From: an uncultured Acidobacteriota bacterium
GTDB taxonomy: Bacteria; Acidobacteriota; Thermoanaerobaculia; UBA5066
Direction of reading: 5' to 3'
NCBI GenBank assembly: GCA_963779415.1
Contig: CAVZYA010000002.1
Location: 768,001-832,000, forward strand
DNA: 64,000 nt
Shown here: positions 21,391 to 32,478 of the stretch, piece after piece
How the letters are laid out: each line of letters opens with the position of its first letter
Numbering within the stretch: the stretch's first letter is position 1
Made by a program: the position numbers and the translations under genes
Notes under the pieces: model-generated
Databases searched by the model: none
What the model was told of the DNA's origin: nothing
Seen by the model: only the letters and a program-made list of their open reading frames with translations

Positions 21391-23355
21391 ATGGTGCGGC
21401 GCGGGCGACAGGGATTCCTTCCGGTCGAGGCGACCTCTCGAAAGGCTCCATGGGCTCTCGCCGGGCTCCTCGCCTTCGCGTTTCTGACGAAGCTGGCGGT
21501 CCTCCTCTCGCTCGGGAGCCACCCGCTCCTCCAGCCCGACTCCGGCCTGGACACAGGGGCCTACGTGAACCTCGCCTCGCGCGTCGTTTCGGGGGATCTC
21601 CTTCTCGGCCACGAGCCGTTCTTCGTCTCGCCCTTCTACGTCTACTTTCTCGCGGCGATCCTCGGCCCGACGGGGGGCTCGCTCTTCGCCGTCCGGCTCG
21701 TCCAGATCCTTCTCGGGACGGCGGCGGCGGGGCTCGTCTTCGGCACGGCGCGACGGCTCTTCGGGGACGGAGCCGCTATCGTGGCGGCGGTTCTCTATCT
21801 CCTCGCGGGCGTCGTGACGTTCTACGAGATCCTGATCCTCCAGACGGCGGTCGACCCGTTCCTGACGGCTCTGGCGCTCTTCCTGCTGGCCGTTGGGCTC
21901 ACGTCACGGAGTTTTTCTTCGAAGGGGGAAAAGGAAGGTGCGGGTGCGAACGGCGGTCATTCGTGGGGGATCTGGGTTTCAGCGGGGGCGGCGTTCGGGC
22001 TTCTCGCTCTGAACCGCCCCAACTCGCTCCTCGGCACGGCGGCCGTCGCCTTCACCCTCGCGGTGCCGCCCCTCGCCGCGCGCCGCCGGGACGGGCTGCC
22101 CTCTTCTCTTTCACTCGAAGAAAGTCCTCTTCGGACCTTCCGGCCTGCAGTGACCTTCGTTCTCGGCGTCGCCCTCGCCATCGCCCCGGTCACCCTCCGC
22201 AACCTCGCCGTTTCCCACGAGCTGATCCTGATCTCCTCGCACGGCGGCCTGAACTTCTTCATCGGGAATAACGCGGAAGCCGATGGGACCTATCACGCGG
22301 TCCCCGGGATCACCCCGTCGATCGAAGGACAGGCCGAGGACACGAAACGCGTTGCCGAGAGCGAAGCCGGGCACCCGCTCTCGGTCCGGGAGGTCTCGGC
22401 TCACTTCAGCCGGAAGGCGTGGCGCTGGATCGCCGCGAATCCGGGTTCGGCCGCGAGGCTCTTCGCCAGGAAGGTCTGGTACGTCCTTTCGGGAGACGAG
22501 GTGCCGCTCAACTTCTGCTTCCCGTGGTACCGGGAGAAAAGCCTCCCCCTGAAGCTTCTCGTTGTCGGCCCCGGCCTTCTCGTGCCGCTGGGGGGCGCGG
22601 GGCTCGTTTTGCTGCTGCTCGGCTCCGGAAAGCTCCCGACGCGGCTTGCCGCGCCGTGGGTCGTTTTTGCGCCGGTTTATCTCCTTGCCGTCGCCGCCTT
22701 CTTCGTCGCGACCCGGTACCGACTTCCGCTCTTCGTGCCGCTCGCCGTCGGGGCCGGGGGGGCGGCGGCGCTCGTCTTCGGCGCCCGTCACAACCGCGAG
22801 AGTCGCCACCTCGTCGCCGCCGGTCTCGTCGCGGCTCTCCTCGCGGTCCCCGCCCTCTGGCCGACGGGGCTCTGGGACGCCGCCGCCGACGAGGAGATGC
22901 ACCTCGTCCTCTGGGAGATCGAGCGGGGGGACGCCGGGGCGATGCGGCACGCGGAGACGGCCGCCTCGCAGCATCCCGATCCGGCGCTGGTCTGGGTACG
23001 TATCGGGGCGTCGTTCGCGGCGGCGGGAAAGAGCGACGAGGCGATCACGGCGTTCTCTCGTTCTTACGGGATCGACCCGAACCGGCCCGGAACGGCGCTG
23101 GTTCTCTCGTCACTTCTCGAGAAGCGGGGGCTTTCGCGCCTCCTTGCCGGGGACGCGGCGGGGGCTCGCCCCGATCTCGAAGAGGCGGTCCGGCTGGACG
23201 AAAAGAACGCGGCGGCGTGCCTGAACCTCGCCGTGGTCCTCGCCGAAGCGGGGGAGACGAACCGGGCCCGCGCTCTCGCGCGGCAGGCGCTCGATCTCAA
23301 GCCCGACTACGAAAAGGCCCGCTCGCTCCTCAAGGCCCTCGACCGGATGAAATGA
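21391..23355 (+). CDS. GT-C (PMT/ArnT-like, family 39) glycosyltransferase with C-terminal TPR
   Basis: Multi-TM; 'PFYVYFLA', 'NFFIGNN', 'RYRLP'; TPR-like helices at the C-terminus. Confidence 0.8.
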   Translation: MVRRGRQGFLPVEATSRKAPWALAGLLAFAFLTKLAVLLSLGSHPLLQPDSGLDTGAYVNLASRVVSGDLLLGHEPFFVSPFYVYFLAAILGPTGGSLFAVRLVQILLGTAAAGLVFGTARRLFGDGAAIVAAVLYLLAGVVTFYEILILQTAVDPFLTALALFLLAVGLTSRSFSSKGEKEGAGANGGHSWGIWVSAGAAFGLLALNRPNSLLGTAAVAFTLAVPPLAARRRDGLPSSLSLEESPLRTFRPAVTFVLGVALAIAPVTLRNLAVSHELILISSHGGLNFFIGNNAEADGTYHAVPGITPSIEGQAEDTKRVAESEAGHPLSVREVSAHFSRKAWRWIAANPGSAARLFARKVWYVLSGDEVPLNFCFPWYREKSLPLKLLVVGPGLLVPLGGAGLVLLLLGSGKLPTRLAAPWVVFAPVYLLAVAAFFVATRYRLPLFVPLAVGAGGAAALVFGARHNRESRHLVAAGLVAALLAVPALWPTGLWDAAADEEMHLVLWEIERGDAGAMRHAETAASQHPDPALVWVRIGASFAAAGKSDEAITAFSRSYGIDPNRPGTALVLSSLLEKRGLSRLLAGDAAGARPDLEEAVRLDEKNAAACLNLAVVLAEAGETNRARALARQALDLKPDYEKARSLLKALDRMK

Positions 23356-23358
23356 GAA

Positions 23359-23380
23359 GGCCCGGCGTCTCCGCCGGGCC
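23359..23380. terminator. Hairpin between convergent genes
   Basis: GGCCCGGCG-TCTC-CGCCGGGCC 9-bp stem; no strong U tract. Confidence 0.45.
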
Positions 23381-23452
23381 CGTAGCTCCGGCAAGGGAAT
23401 GGGGGGGTGCGAGCCCGTCAGTCATGCCGGAGCGGCGTCGCTCCCCCAGAGC

Positions 23453-26241
23453 TCAGAAGTCGAGCTCGTGCCGTGAGCACCAGCCGCCGCGGTGAGGCCC
23501 AGCTCGTGGCATTTCCGTAGTTCGGGTTCGGCTGGGAGGTCCCCTGCGGTGTCGAGAACCGAATACGGGGTGCCGTTCACGTACGGGTCGTGGTACTTGA
23601 CGCCGTCGACGTTTAGAACGGTCTGCGTGTTGAAGAGGTTGTAGACGCGCGCCTCGAGCCGGAGGTTCGTGGCGCCGCCGAGCTTGAAGGTGTACGCCCC
23701 GAGCAGGTCGAAGGTCGTCCAGGTCGGGAGCCGCTGCGATCCGGCCGGCTCGAGGTAGCGCTGGTAGCCGCTATTGGAGTTCGTGTCCGCGCCGAGTGCC
23801 TGCCACGGAGTGCCGCTCTGGACGGTGAGGAAGCCGCCGAGGGTGACGCCGAACGGGAAGTCGTAGCTCCCGATCAGCTTGAAGATGACCGGGCGGTCCT
23901 GTGCAAGGCGGCCGTACCGGTACGGCTCGCTTGTGTAACCGCCGGGACCGTCGTTCGAGGTAGTCGAGGTGTTGAACGTGCCGGCCCGTAGTCGTCGTCG
24001 AAGTTGCCGTAGAGCTTGCTGAAGGTGATGTTCGCGTCGGCGTACCAGCCGTTCGAGTAGCGCTTCTGGACGTCGAGCGTGATGGCGCGGTAGACGCGCC
24101 GCGCGTCGGGGAAGTTCGCCGCCTGGAAGAGGCTTCCGGAGTTGTCCGGGTTGATCGGCGTGTCCTCGAAGGGGTTCTTCAGGTTCCGGTACTGGTAGTA
24201 GGCGTCGAAGCTGACGTCCTTGGTCACCGCCGCGGAGTAGCCGAGGACCCACTCCTGGTAGTAGGGCGGCTTCAGGTCGGGCGGGATGTACTTCCCGGCC
24301 GAGGAGGCGCGGATCTGCGTCCCCTGATAGACGCCGGTCGTCGGGTCGAAGAAGGCGTAGCTCTGGGAGATCCGGTACGGGGCGAAGGAGCGCGCCGTCG
24401 ACTTCTGGTCGAGGTTGGCGTACTCGCCGTAGCTCGAGTAGAACTTGTCGCTCGAGAGCAGGTTCGGGTTCCAGGTGATGCCGAGTCGCGGCTGGATCTC
24501 CTGGCTCCAGTTGAACGTCATGAAGTTGTAGCGCGTCTCGGTCTGGGGAGTCGTCGTGCCGCAGACGATGCCCGGCTTGCAGACCTGGGCGAAGTCGTCC
24601 TTGTTGGCGAGGACGCCGAGGTAGACCGTGACGTTCTTCCAGGTGACCGTGTCCTGGAGGAAGGCCGAGTAGGTCCGCGCCTTGGCGTACTGCTCCGGCT
24701 GGGTCGGGTAGTAGCGGGCGCGGATGCTGGCCCGGTCTTCGAGGTGCCGCAGACGGGGCCGGGCAGGTCGAGCCGGTGTTCAGGAGGGCCCAGCCGTTCG
24801 ACTGCCGGAAGACGTCGTCGTCGGTGTCCTCGTACCCGCCGCCCAGCTTGAACTGGTTCTGCGTCGGCCCGAGGTCGAGGAACTGGCTGATCGTCGCCTT
24901 GACCTCGTTCCGCGTGTACTTGTCGCCCGTAGTCGACGAACTGGTAGACGCCGGCGTTTCCCGGTCTGCCGGGCCGGGTCGTCGTACTCGCCGTATGCGC
25001 CGAGGTTGTGCGGGTCGATCGTCGTCGGCATGCTGCTGAGGACGTTCTGCGCCCTGCGTGAGGTCGTTTTCCTTGTAGTAGACGTACTTCGCCTCGACGA
25101 CCGTGTCCTTGGAGGCGAACCAGTCGGCCGTCGCGTTTCCGATGTAGTTCGTGGTGTCGGACCCGTACGCGGCCGTTGGGGCGATCGTAGATCGAGGCGA
25201 ACTGGTCAGTCGACTTGCTCGGCAGCGCCCGGAAGCCGGCGTTGACGAGGACGTCCTGGCCGGCGAAAGGCCGTCAGCTTCCCGAAGTAGTCGCCGTCGT
25301 GTCGTCTTCGAGTCGGGCTGCGTCGTCGTGACGCCGCGAACTGGCTCGTCTGGCCCAGCGTCTGTCGTGTCGTAGTAGGCCGCAGAGGCGTACCCGAAGA
25401 GGACGTCCTTCACGATCGGGAACCCGATGTTCGCCTGGCCGTTGTAGGTGCTCTCTTCCTGAGGTCGTCGTCGAAGTCCTTGTTGGCCTGGAAGGAGCTG
25501 GGGGAGAGGTTGAACTGGACGGTCCCGGCGACCTCGTTCGTCCCCGATTTCGTGACGGCGTTGAACATGGCGCCCGCCCGTCCGGCCGAACTCGGCCGAG
25601 ATGCCGGCCTTCTTGACGTTGAAGTCGGCGATGTCGAGCTGGTTCGTGTTGCTCCCGAGATTGCCGTAGCCCGGGTTCGTGATGTTGACGCCGTCGAGGA
25701 GGAACTTGTTGTCCTGCCGCGTCGCCGCCCGAGATGGCGACGTCGCCGATTGCCGCTCGTGTCGTTGGCGACGCCCGGCGACCATCTTGATGAGCCCCTG
25801 GTACGTTCGTTGCCGAGCGGGGAGGTCCTTGATGACCTTCTCGCCGTAGTTGAAGTTGACCTCGGAGGCCTTCTTGTCGATCTCGGACATGGCGCCGGTC
25901 ACGACGATCTCCGTCTTCGTCGTCTGGATCAGGACGAGCGTGAGCTGGGCGTCATTGTCGACCGTGACGAGAACCTTCTGGCTCGCCGTCCCGAGGCCCT
26001 TCAGATCGGCCGTGACAACATAGTTTCCCGGCAGAAGGATCGGGAACTTGAACCCGCCCCCCGCGCCCGTGACGGTGTTGCGAGGCGCCTGAGAGCCGGT
26101 GACCGTCACCGTGGCGCCGGGAACCGGGGCCCCGGTGCCGTCTTTGACGACGCCGGAGATCGACCCGGTCTCGGTCGCGAAGGCGGTCGTGGCGGTCACG
26201 ACGAACGCCACCGCGACCAGAATCCTGAGAACGTTTTTCAT
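23453..26241 (-). CDS. Oar-type TonB-dependent receptor with carboxypeptidase regulatory-like domain; many frameshifts
   Basis: Signal peptide, 'GSISGVVKDGTGAPVPGATVTV', 'AEFGR', 'QPRLG', 'YNLFNTQ', C-terminal 'PRRL...F'; GGAGG RBS. Confidence 0.8.
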
Positions 26242-26503
26242 CAAGCCTCCTCCTCCATTTTGAGAGAGATTTTCAGGATGTTGAGATACCTGCAGCGATG
26301 TTCCGGCATTCGGATCTCCGTCGGGAGATCCAGAATTTTGAAGGTTCGTCCCGACGGTCGAGCGATATTCGAGAGACTTACGTCACAGACACCCATGAAA
26401 GACAACAACGCGAAGGATAAATCGCAAGCTCCCTGCCAGTCGAAGAAGATGTTCATTTACCGGGAGAGAATGCCGGCGCGGCCCGGGGATCCGGGCCGTC
26501 TCC

Positions 26504-28098
26504 ATGAAATCGATCCGTTTCTTCTCCTATCTCGACCGCGCTCTCCGGGCCGCTGCCCGGCTCGGAACGGGCCGGACGCTTCTCCTCGCGGCGGCCGTCC
26601 CGCTCGCGCTCCGTCTCCTTCTCCTCCCGGTCTTTCCCCGTCCGCTTCCCGAAGTCCACGACGAGTTCAGCTACCTTCTCCTCGCCGACACCTTCGCCCA
26701 CGGCCGCCTCGTCAATCCGGCCCCGCCGCTCCCGGAGTTCTTCGAGTCATTTCACATCCTCGTGACGCCGGTCTACGCCTCGATGTATCCGGTCGGGGAG
26801 GGGCTCGTCCTCGCCGCCGGGCAAGTCCTTCTCGGCGATCCGTGGTGGGGGGTCTTTGCCTCCGTCGGCCTGATGTCCGCAGCCGTGGCGTGGCTCCTCC
26901 TGGGCTTTGCGCCACCCCGATGGGCGCTCGCCGGGGCGCTTGCCTTCGGCCTGATCTACGGCGTCGAGCACTACTTCATGAATTCCTTCTGGGGAGCGCC
27001 GCTCGCGACGGCCGCGGGGGCCGTGATGGCAGGGGCGCTCGCCCGGCTCGTTCTTCCGCGCGAGGGGCCGCAGAAATCCCTCTCTCTACGGATTTCTCCT
27101 CGGCGCGGGAGCGGGCGTTCTTCTACATACGCGCCCGTGGGAAGGGTTCTGCGCAGCGCTCCCTGCGGCGCTCGTCTTCGCCTTCTGGCTCGTCCGGTCG
27201 CGATGGGAGACGTTCGGCCGCAGGCTCGGGCGCGTCGCGCTTCCCGCGCTCGCAGCCGTCGGGGTGGCGGGGGCGGCCCTCCTCGCGTACGACGCGCGGG
27301 TGACGGGAGATCCGCTCCTGCCGCCCTACCTGATGAATCTCAACCGTTACTACGTCGCGCCCCTCTTCCTCTGGCAGGGGGAAAAGCCGATTCCCGCTTA
27401 CGACCACGACGTGATGCGGCGCTTCTACGTCGACTGGCGCGAGAGCGAGCGGTCGGTCCGGCAGGACGTGGATGCGAAGAACCCGCTCTACGGCTTCTGG
27501 CTCTGGTTCCACACCTTCAAGATCGTCGGGGGAGCGGCGCTGGCCTGTCTCCTTCTTCTCGTCTTCCGGCGGAACCGGAAGACCGCGCTCCTCCTCGTCC
27601 TTCTCGGCGGCTTCTTCGCGGGGCTCTCCCTTCAGTCGGTCCGGCTCTTCCACTACCTCTCGCCCGGCCTCGGACTGCTCACCGTCGCCGTCGTCCTCGG
27701 GCTTCGGACTCTTTCCGCCGTTCGGTTCCGGGGCTGGCGTCCCGGCCGGCATCTCGCGGTCGTCCTCGTCCTCGCGGCGGCGATCGGCCTCGTGCGGAAC
27801 ACCGTCCTCACGCTTCGCCCCGGGGAGAGGGGATACGGAATCCGGCGGGCGGAGATGGTCGCGCGTCTCTCTGCGGAGGAGGGGAAGCAGCTCGTCTTCG
27901 TGACGTACGGCCCGCGACACGACGTGCACCAGGAGTGGGTCTACAACGGCGCGGATCTCGAAGGCTCCCGGATCCTCTTCGTTCGCTCGATCTCGCCCGA
28001 TGCGAACGAGCGGCTCCTCGCGCTCTACCCCCGGACGCCGGGCGTGGCTCCTCTCGCCCGACGACGGGGACCGCCTCATCCCGTATCCTCGTCCCTGA
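26504..28098 (+). CDS. Multi-TM GT-C-like membrane protein; frameshifted
   Basis: 'HDEFSYLL.ADTFAHGRL', 'YASMYP', 'VTGDPLLPPY', 'HQEWVYNGAD'; hydrophobic segments continue across frame breaks. Confidence 0.6.
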
Positions 28099-28105
28099 AT
28101 ACTCC

Positions 28106-28763
28106 GTGCCGCACGCTCCTCTACCTCCACGGCCTCGCCTCTTCGCCGAAGGGGAGGAAGAGAGCGATCCTCGAGCAGCGATTCGGGCCCGAAGGAATCA
28201 CGGTCGTCGCACCCGACCTGAACGTCCCCTGGTTCCGGGAGCTTGCCTTCGAGGAGATGGTCGCGGAGGCCTCCGAAGCCTGCTCGGAGGCGAGGCCGGA
28301 CGTCGTCGTCGGCAGCTCGCTCGGCGCGCTCGTCGCCCTCGCGGCTCTCCGGCCGCTCGGGCCGGGAGGGCCTCCGCTCGTCCTGATCGCCCCGGCCCTG
28401 GCGTTCGGCGCGCGATGGGCGGAGAAGCTTCCGGAGACCGACTTCCTCGAGATCTTTCATCACGGCGAGGGACAGTTCCTCGAGATCCACCGGGCCTTCT
28501 TCGAGGAGATGGCCGGCGTCACCGTCGACTTGGAGCCGCCGCCGGTCCCGGTCTCGGTCGTCATGGGAACGGCGGACGAGTCGGTCCCCTTCGCCCAGGT
28601 CGAAACGCGCTGGAAGGAGTGGGAGCTGTCCGGACGGCTCGCCGCCGGGTCGCGGTTCCATCGGATCGAGGGGGGAGACCACGGCCTGATCGGGCATGGC
28701 GACGCGATCGAGGCCGCCGTGAGGGAGCGCCTCGGTCAGGACGTTTTTCCGACCGTCAGGTAG
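28106..28763 (+). CDS. YqiA/YcfP-family alpha/beta hydrolase (esterase)
   Basis: 'YLHGLASSP', 'GSSLG', 'ADESV', 'GGDH'; GTG start is one base out of frame (probable read error). Confidence 0.8.
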
Positions 28764-30100
28764 TAGACCGGAATCCCTGCCGCCACGACGCCGAGGACGG
28801 CGATCGTGCTCCAGCGGCTTCCCGGATCCGCGATGGCGTTCCCGAGAAGCAGGAGCACCGACGCGAGGAAGAGGAGCGGCACCCACGGGTAGAGCGGGAC
28901 CCGGAACGAGGGGGCGTAGCCGGGCTTCTTCCGGAGCCGGAAGATGGAGGCGACCGAGAGCGCGTAGAACGGGAGGAAGGCCGTCACGAAGGCGTCGGCA
29001 AGCTGCTCGAAGCTCCGGAGGAGGACGAAGACGATTCCCAGGGCGGCGGTCATCGTGATGGAGACCCACGGCGTTCCGAATCTCGGGTGGACGCGCGCGA
29101 CGGAGCGGAAGAAGAGCCCGTCGTCGGCCATCGCGAAGAAGACGCGCGGGCTCGTGAAGAGGACGGTGTTGAGAGTCCCGAAGGTCGAGACCATCACCGT
29201 CACCGAGACGAACGCCGCGCCCCACCCGCCGAGGACGCGCTCTGCGACGTCGGCGGCGACGAGCTTCGAGACCCGGATCTGTTCGACGGGGAGGACGGCG
29301 AGGTAGGCGAGGTTCGCGGCGAGGTAGATCGCGACGACGAGGAGCGTCCCGCCGACGAGGGCGCGCGGGAGGTTCCGCGCCGGGTCCTTCACCTCTCCCG
29401 CGTTGTACGCGAGGTCGGCCCATCCGTCGAACGCCCAGAGGGTCGAGACGAGGGCGAGACCGAACGCGGCGAGGGTGAAGCTCCCGGCGGGGACGGCCGG
29501 CGTGAAATGCCCTCCGGTCTGCGGCAGGCCCAGCGCGAAGGCGACGAGGACGATGAAGACGAGACCGCCGTACTTGGCGAGGACGGTCACGTTGCTCACG
29601 GCAGCCGAGAGCGAGACGCCGACGATGTTGAAGAGGCCGGTGAGGCCGATGGCGACGGCGGCCACGATGCGGACCGTCTGGACGTGATCCGGGGACTGGG
29701 GGTTGAAGCCCAGAACCCGGAAGAGGTACTCGGCGAAGGTGATCGAGATGGCGCCGAGAGAGGCGGCGCGGATCATCGAGAACTGGCCCCACCCGAAGAG
29801 GAACCCGGCGAGTCGCCCCCAGCCATCCCGGCAGAAGACGTACATCCCCCCCGTCTTCGGGAGCGCGCTCGCGACCTCGGCGAGCGTCAGCGCCCCGCAG
29901 AGGGCGAAGATCCCTCCCGCGGTCCAGACGGCGAGCATCGGAAGCGGCCCGGGGAGCTTGTCGGCGATCCCGGCGGGGGAGCGGAAGATTCCCGAGCCGA
30001 TCGTCGAGCCGATGACGACGGCGACGGCGCTCCAGAGGCCGAGCCGCCGCGCCAGCTCCGTGTGCCCGGCGCCTCCCGCGGACGGCCTCTCTTCGGACAT
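28736..30100 (-). CDS. APC-family amino acid permease
   Basis: 'IGSGIF', 'AFDGW', 'GEVKDPARNLP', 'HPRFGTP'; about 12 TM. Confidence 0.9.
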   Translation of the reverse strand: MSEERPSAGGAGHTELARRLGLWSAVAVVIGSTIGSGIFRSPAGIADKLPGPLPMLAVWTAGGIFALCGALTLAEVASALPKTGGMYVFCRDGWGRLAGFLFGWGQFSMIRAASLGAISITFAEYLFRVLGFNPQSPDHVQTVRIVAAVAIGLTGLFNIVGVSLSAAVSNVTVLAKYGGLVFIVLVAFALGLPQTGGHFTPAVPAGSFTLAAFGLALVSTLWAFDGWADLAYNAGEVKDPARNLPRALVGGTLLVVAIYLAANLAYLAVLPVEQIRVSKLVAADVAERVLGGWGAAFVSVTVMVSTFGTLNTVLFTSPRVFFAMADDGLFFRSVARVHPRFGTPWVSITMTAALGIVFVLLRSFEQLADAFVTAFLPFYALSVASIFRLRKKPGYAPSFRVPLYPWVPLLFLASVLLLLGNAIADPGSRWSTIAVLGVVAAGIPVYYLTVGKTS

Positions 30101-30165
30101 CTGGCGCGAAGGATACCGTGAGGACCTTCAGGTTCGCTCGGAATCCGCGAAAAGCGGTGCGACCT

Positions 30166-31557
30166 CTATTCGGATCGAATCAGCCGCCCTCGCCGACCCC
30201 AGCACCGCGATCCGCTGGGCGTCTTGTGGGCGCGCAGTGCCGAGTCGTTCTTCGAGTGGCGTAGGGACTTGTGGCACGTCATACATTCGAAGACGTAAAC
30301 GCGGTTGTTCCCCGTGCGTGCGCGCGAGCTCCCGCGTACACCCCAGCCGCCTGATGGCCGGACGATTGGCGGTGCGCTGATGGCACCTGCGGGACTGAAC
30401 TCGATTCTGTAGCGGGGCTTGAAGGGAACCGTCGTGACTCTAAGATCCGAGATCCCGCGAACATTGAACCTCTTGATATGCGTTGATCCGACCTCCCATG
30501 CGTACAGATGGAGGTCCCCGCACTGCGCCCGCCGAAGCGAGTAAGGTTCCGCCCGACGAAGGCGCCCCTTGTAAGTGAACTCGATGAGAAGACGATTGAT
30601 CCCAGCATACCGTGCTGATTCGAGAGGTATACCCAGTCCCCAGTACGTCACGCCAGCAGGGGATTCGACCTTTTCACCGGATAGCGCGATTGCCGGGATG
30701 GCTGGGACGGCTAGTCCGCCTTCGTCGATCCAGCGCAACGCGGCTTCGAGACGGGAAAGGTATCCCTCGAAAGGCGGGAGGCTCGGAAGCTGCTGCCCGA
30801 GCATGTTCTCCCACTCGGACCTCAGCTCCACTGCCGACCGGGCGACGGCCAGTAGTTCACTGGAAGATGGAGGAGCCAGGCTTTTCACCTCACACTTCCC
30901 ACGGAAGAGGCCTCGGGCTTCGTCCAAGTCGAAATCGCCCGTCCTACTCTCAAGAAGGAAGACGACGTCGTAGAGGTCACGTGGGCGCGTTCGCTCGAGA
31001 AGTGCCCGCGTTTTCTCCGCGAGCAGCTCTTCGAGGTAGTAGGACCGCACGGTAGTGCCATCCGGAAGCTGATCGGGATACGGGTGGAAGACGGGGCGGC
31101 TCTCGGGTTCGCCGAGTACGGGCTCATGGCGCGTGAGGTCGAAGAGGATTCTCGGCGTACTGACGATTCCGAGCGGGCCCCGATACCCGATCCTCCCCAG
31201 AAACGTTTCGCGTTCGAGCTTGTCTCTTCGGGCTCGAACGGTCACCGTTTCCTGCGGGAAGGTTATGCCGCTCAGTTCACCAGCGATCTCGACGACCTCG
31301 TCGAGGATCTTCTTGAGGCTGTCGGCGTTGTAGGCCGACTCGGGAAGGAGAGTGAAGTCGAGATCCTCCGAGAACCGGTACGTTTCGAAGTAGCACTTCT
31401 TCAGGCACGTTCCACCTTTGAAGATCCAGTTTGCTGAAGTCTCGGAATGCTGCGCGATGGCGGCGAGTACCCAGCCGAGTACGTAGTCCTTCTCGATGAC
31501 GGCGGCTGTGAGCTGCCACTCCTGAACGCGGTCGAGGATGTCCTGCTTGCCGATCAT
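30166..31557 (-). CDS. AbiEii/AbiGii nucleotidyltransferase toxin with C-terminal WYL-like and Zn-ribbon domains
   Basis: 'IEKDY', 'FKGGTCLKKCYF..YRFSEDLDF', 'EK..ALLER.RPRDLYD'; 'IEFTY...RRAEPY...LYAW...KRF' WYL-like; CxxC...H...C tail. Confidence 0.85.
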   Translation of the reverse strand: MIGKQDILDRVQEWQLTAAVIEKDYVLGWVLAAIAQHSETSANWIFKGGTCLKKCYFETYRFSEDLDFTLLPESAYNADSLKKILDEVVEIAGELSGITFPQETVTVRARRDKLERETFLGRIGYRGPLGIVSTPRILFDLTRHEPVLGEPESRPVFHPYPDQLPDGTTVRSYYLEELLAEKTRALLERTRPRDLYDVVFLLESRTGDFDLDEARGLFRGKCEVKSLAPPSSSELLAVARSAVELRSEWENMLGQQLPSLPPFEGYLSRLEAALRWIDEGGLAVPAIPAIALSGEKVESPAGVTYWGLGIPLESARYAGINRLLIEFTYKGRLRRAEPYSLRRAQCGDLHLYAWEVGSTHIKRFNVRGISDLRVTTVPFKPRYRIEFSPAGAISAPPIVRPSGGWGVRGSSRARTGNNRVYVFECMTCHKSLRHSKNDSALRAHKTPSGSRCWGRRGRLIRSE

Positions 31558-32379
31558 GTGTCAGCCGGAGATGCGTCGAGCCGGACATTCACCCAGAGGC
31601 CCCAGCGTTTCGTGAGCCGGCCACGCCCTTCGACGGCCGGGTCGAGTTTCACGACTCCGGCCGAGCGCCGAGCGAGGGCCGCATCGACGAGTACCGGCTC
31701 GGCAGGGAGAGCGGTTTCCGCGAGGTAACCGAGGCGCTTGAATGCAGCCCCGGACTCGACCTCTGCGACCCGCTCGAGAAGCCGGTGTGGATTCCACTCC
31801 TTCGCAGAGCGGTACGAGCGGAGCATCTGGGTGAGGTGGCGGATTCCCCCGACCCATGAAGGTGACGCAAGAGCGTCCGCGATTGTTCGCTCGCGGTCGA
31901 AACGGAAACCCGTTCCTGCCGCGCAGATCGGGCGCACGGTGGAAACGCGGCTCTTCTTCGCCCGGACGAGGTGAAACTCGGTCCTACGAACGTCTCTGTC
32001 GCGTGGCGGATCGCGGCGGCTGAGACGACGAAGGTCGAGCGGAAGAGCTGCTCAGTGAGTCCCCAGTGCTCCGCCGCACTCCAACCGCCAATGTAGCAGG
32101 GCGAGTAGAGCTCGCTCGCCAGCACCCAGGGATCTTCGACTGCGCCTCCTTCACGCCCCGCTTCGAGCGGCAGCACGAGGTAGAGCCCGCGACGGACGCG
32201 CACGAGCCAGCCTTGCTGCACCAGGCGCCCGAGCGTGACCGATGCTTCCGACGGCGGTTGCCGCAGTAGCTCTGCGGCCCGCGTTGTCGTGAAGAGCCCG
32301 CCGCGTGCTCTCTGGCAAGGCGACGGAGCCTTTCTTTAGGGTCTCGTGCGGGCATCGAAGAACCCTTTTTCGCCGCCAC
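31554..32379 (-). CDS. AbiEi type IV antitoxin; frameshifted
   Basis: 'GWLVRVRRGLY', 'YIGGWSAAEHWGLTEQ', 'DRERTIAD', 'KRLGYL', 'WGLWVN'; ATGA overlap with the toxin. Confidence 0.85.
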
Positions 32380-32478
32380 GAGTACAGTATACACGTAGAA
32401 AACAACGTCAGGAGGCGTTTACTACACTCTAACTAAACCTTCGAGTCGAGGGCTCCACCCTGAACGATCGAAGAAGGG

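Noticed and set aside
27264-28763. Membrane protein-esterase fusion
   Set aside because: The join depends on frameshifts near 28030 and 28108; a natural stop at 28096-98 and a GTG at 28106 indicate two genes.
19039-30121. Very long Arg/Pro/Gly-rich ORFs (e.g. 19039-23355 extension, 26504-30121, 27123-29792)
   Set aside because: These are GC-rich shadow frames or run-throughs overlapping well-supported genes.
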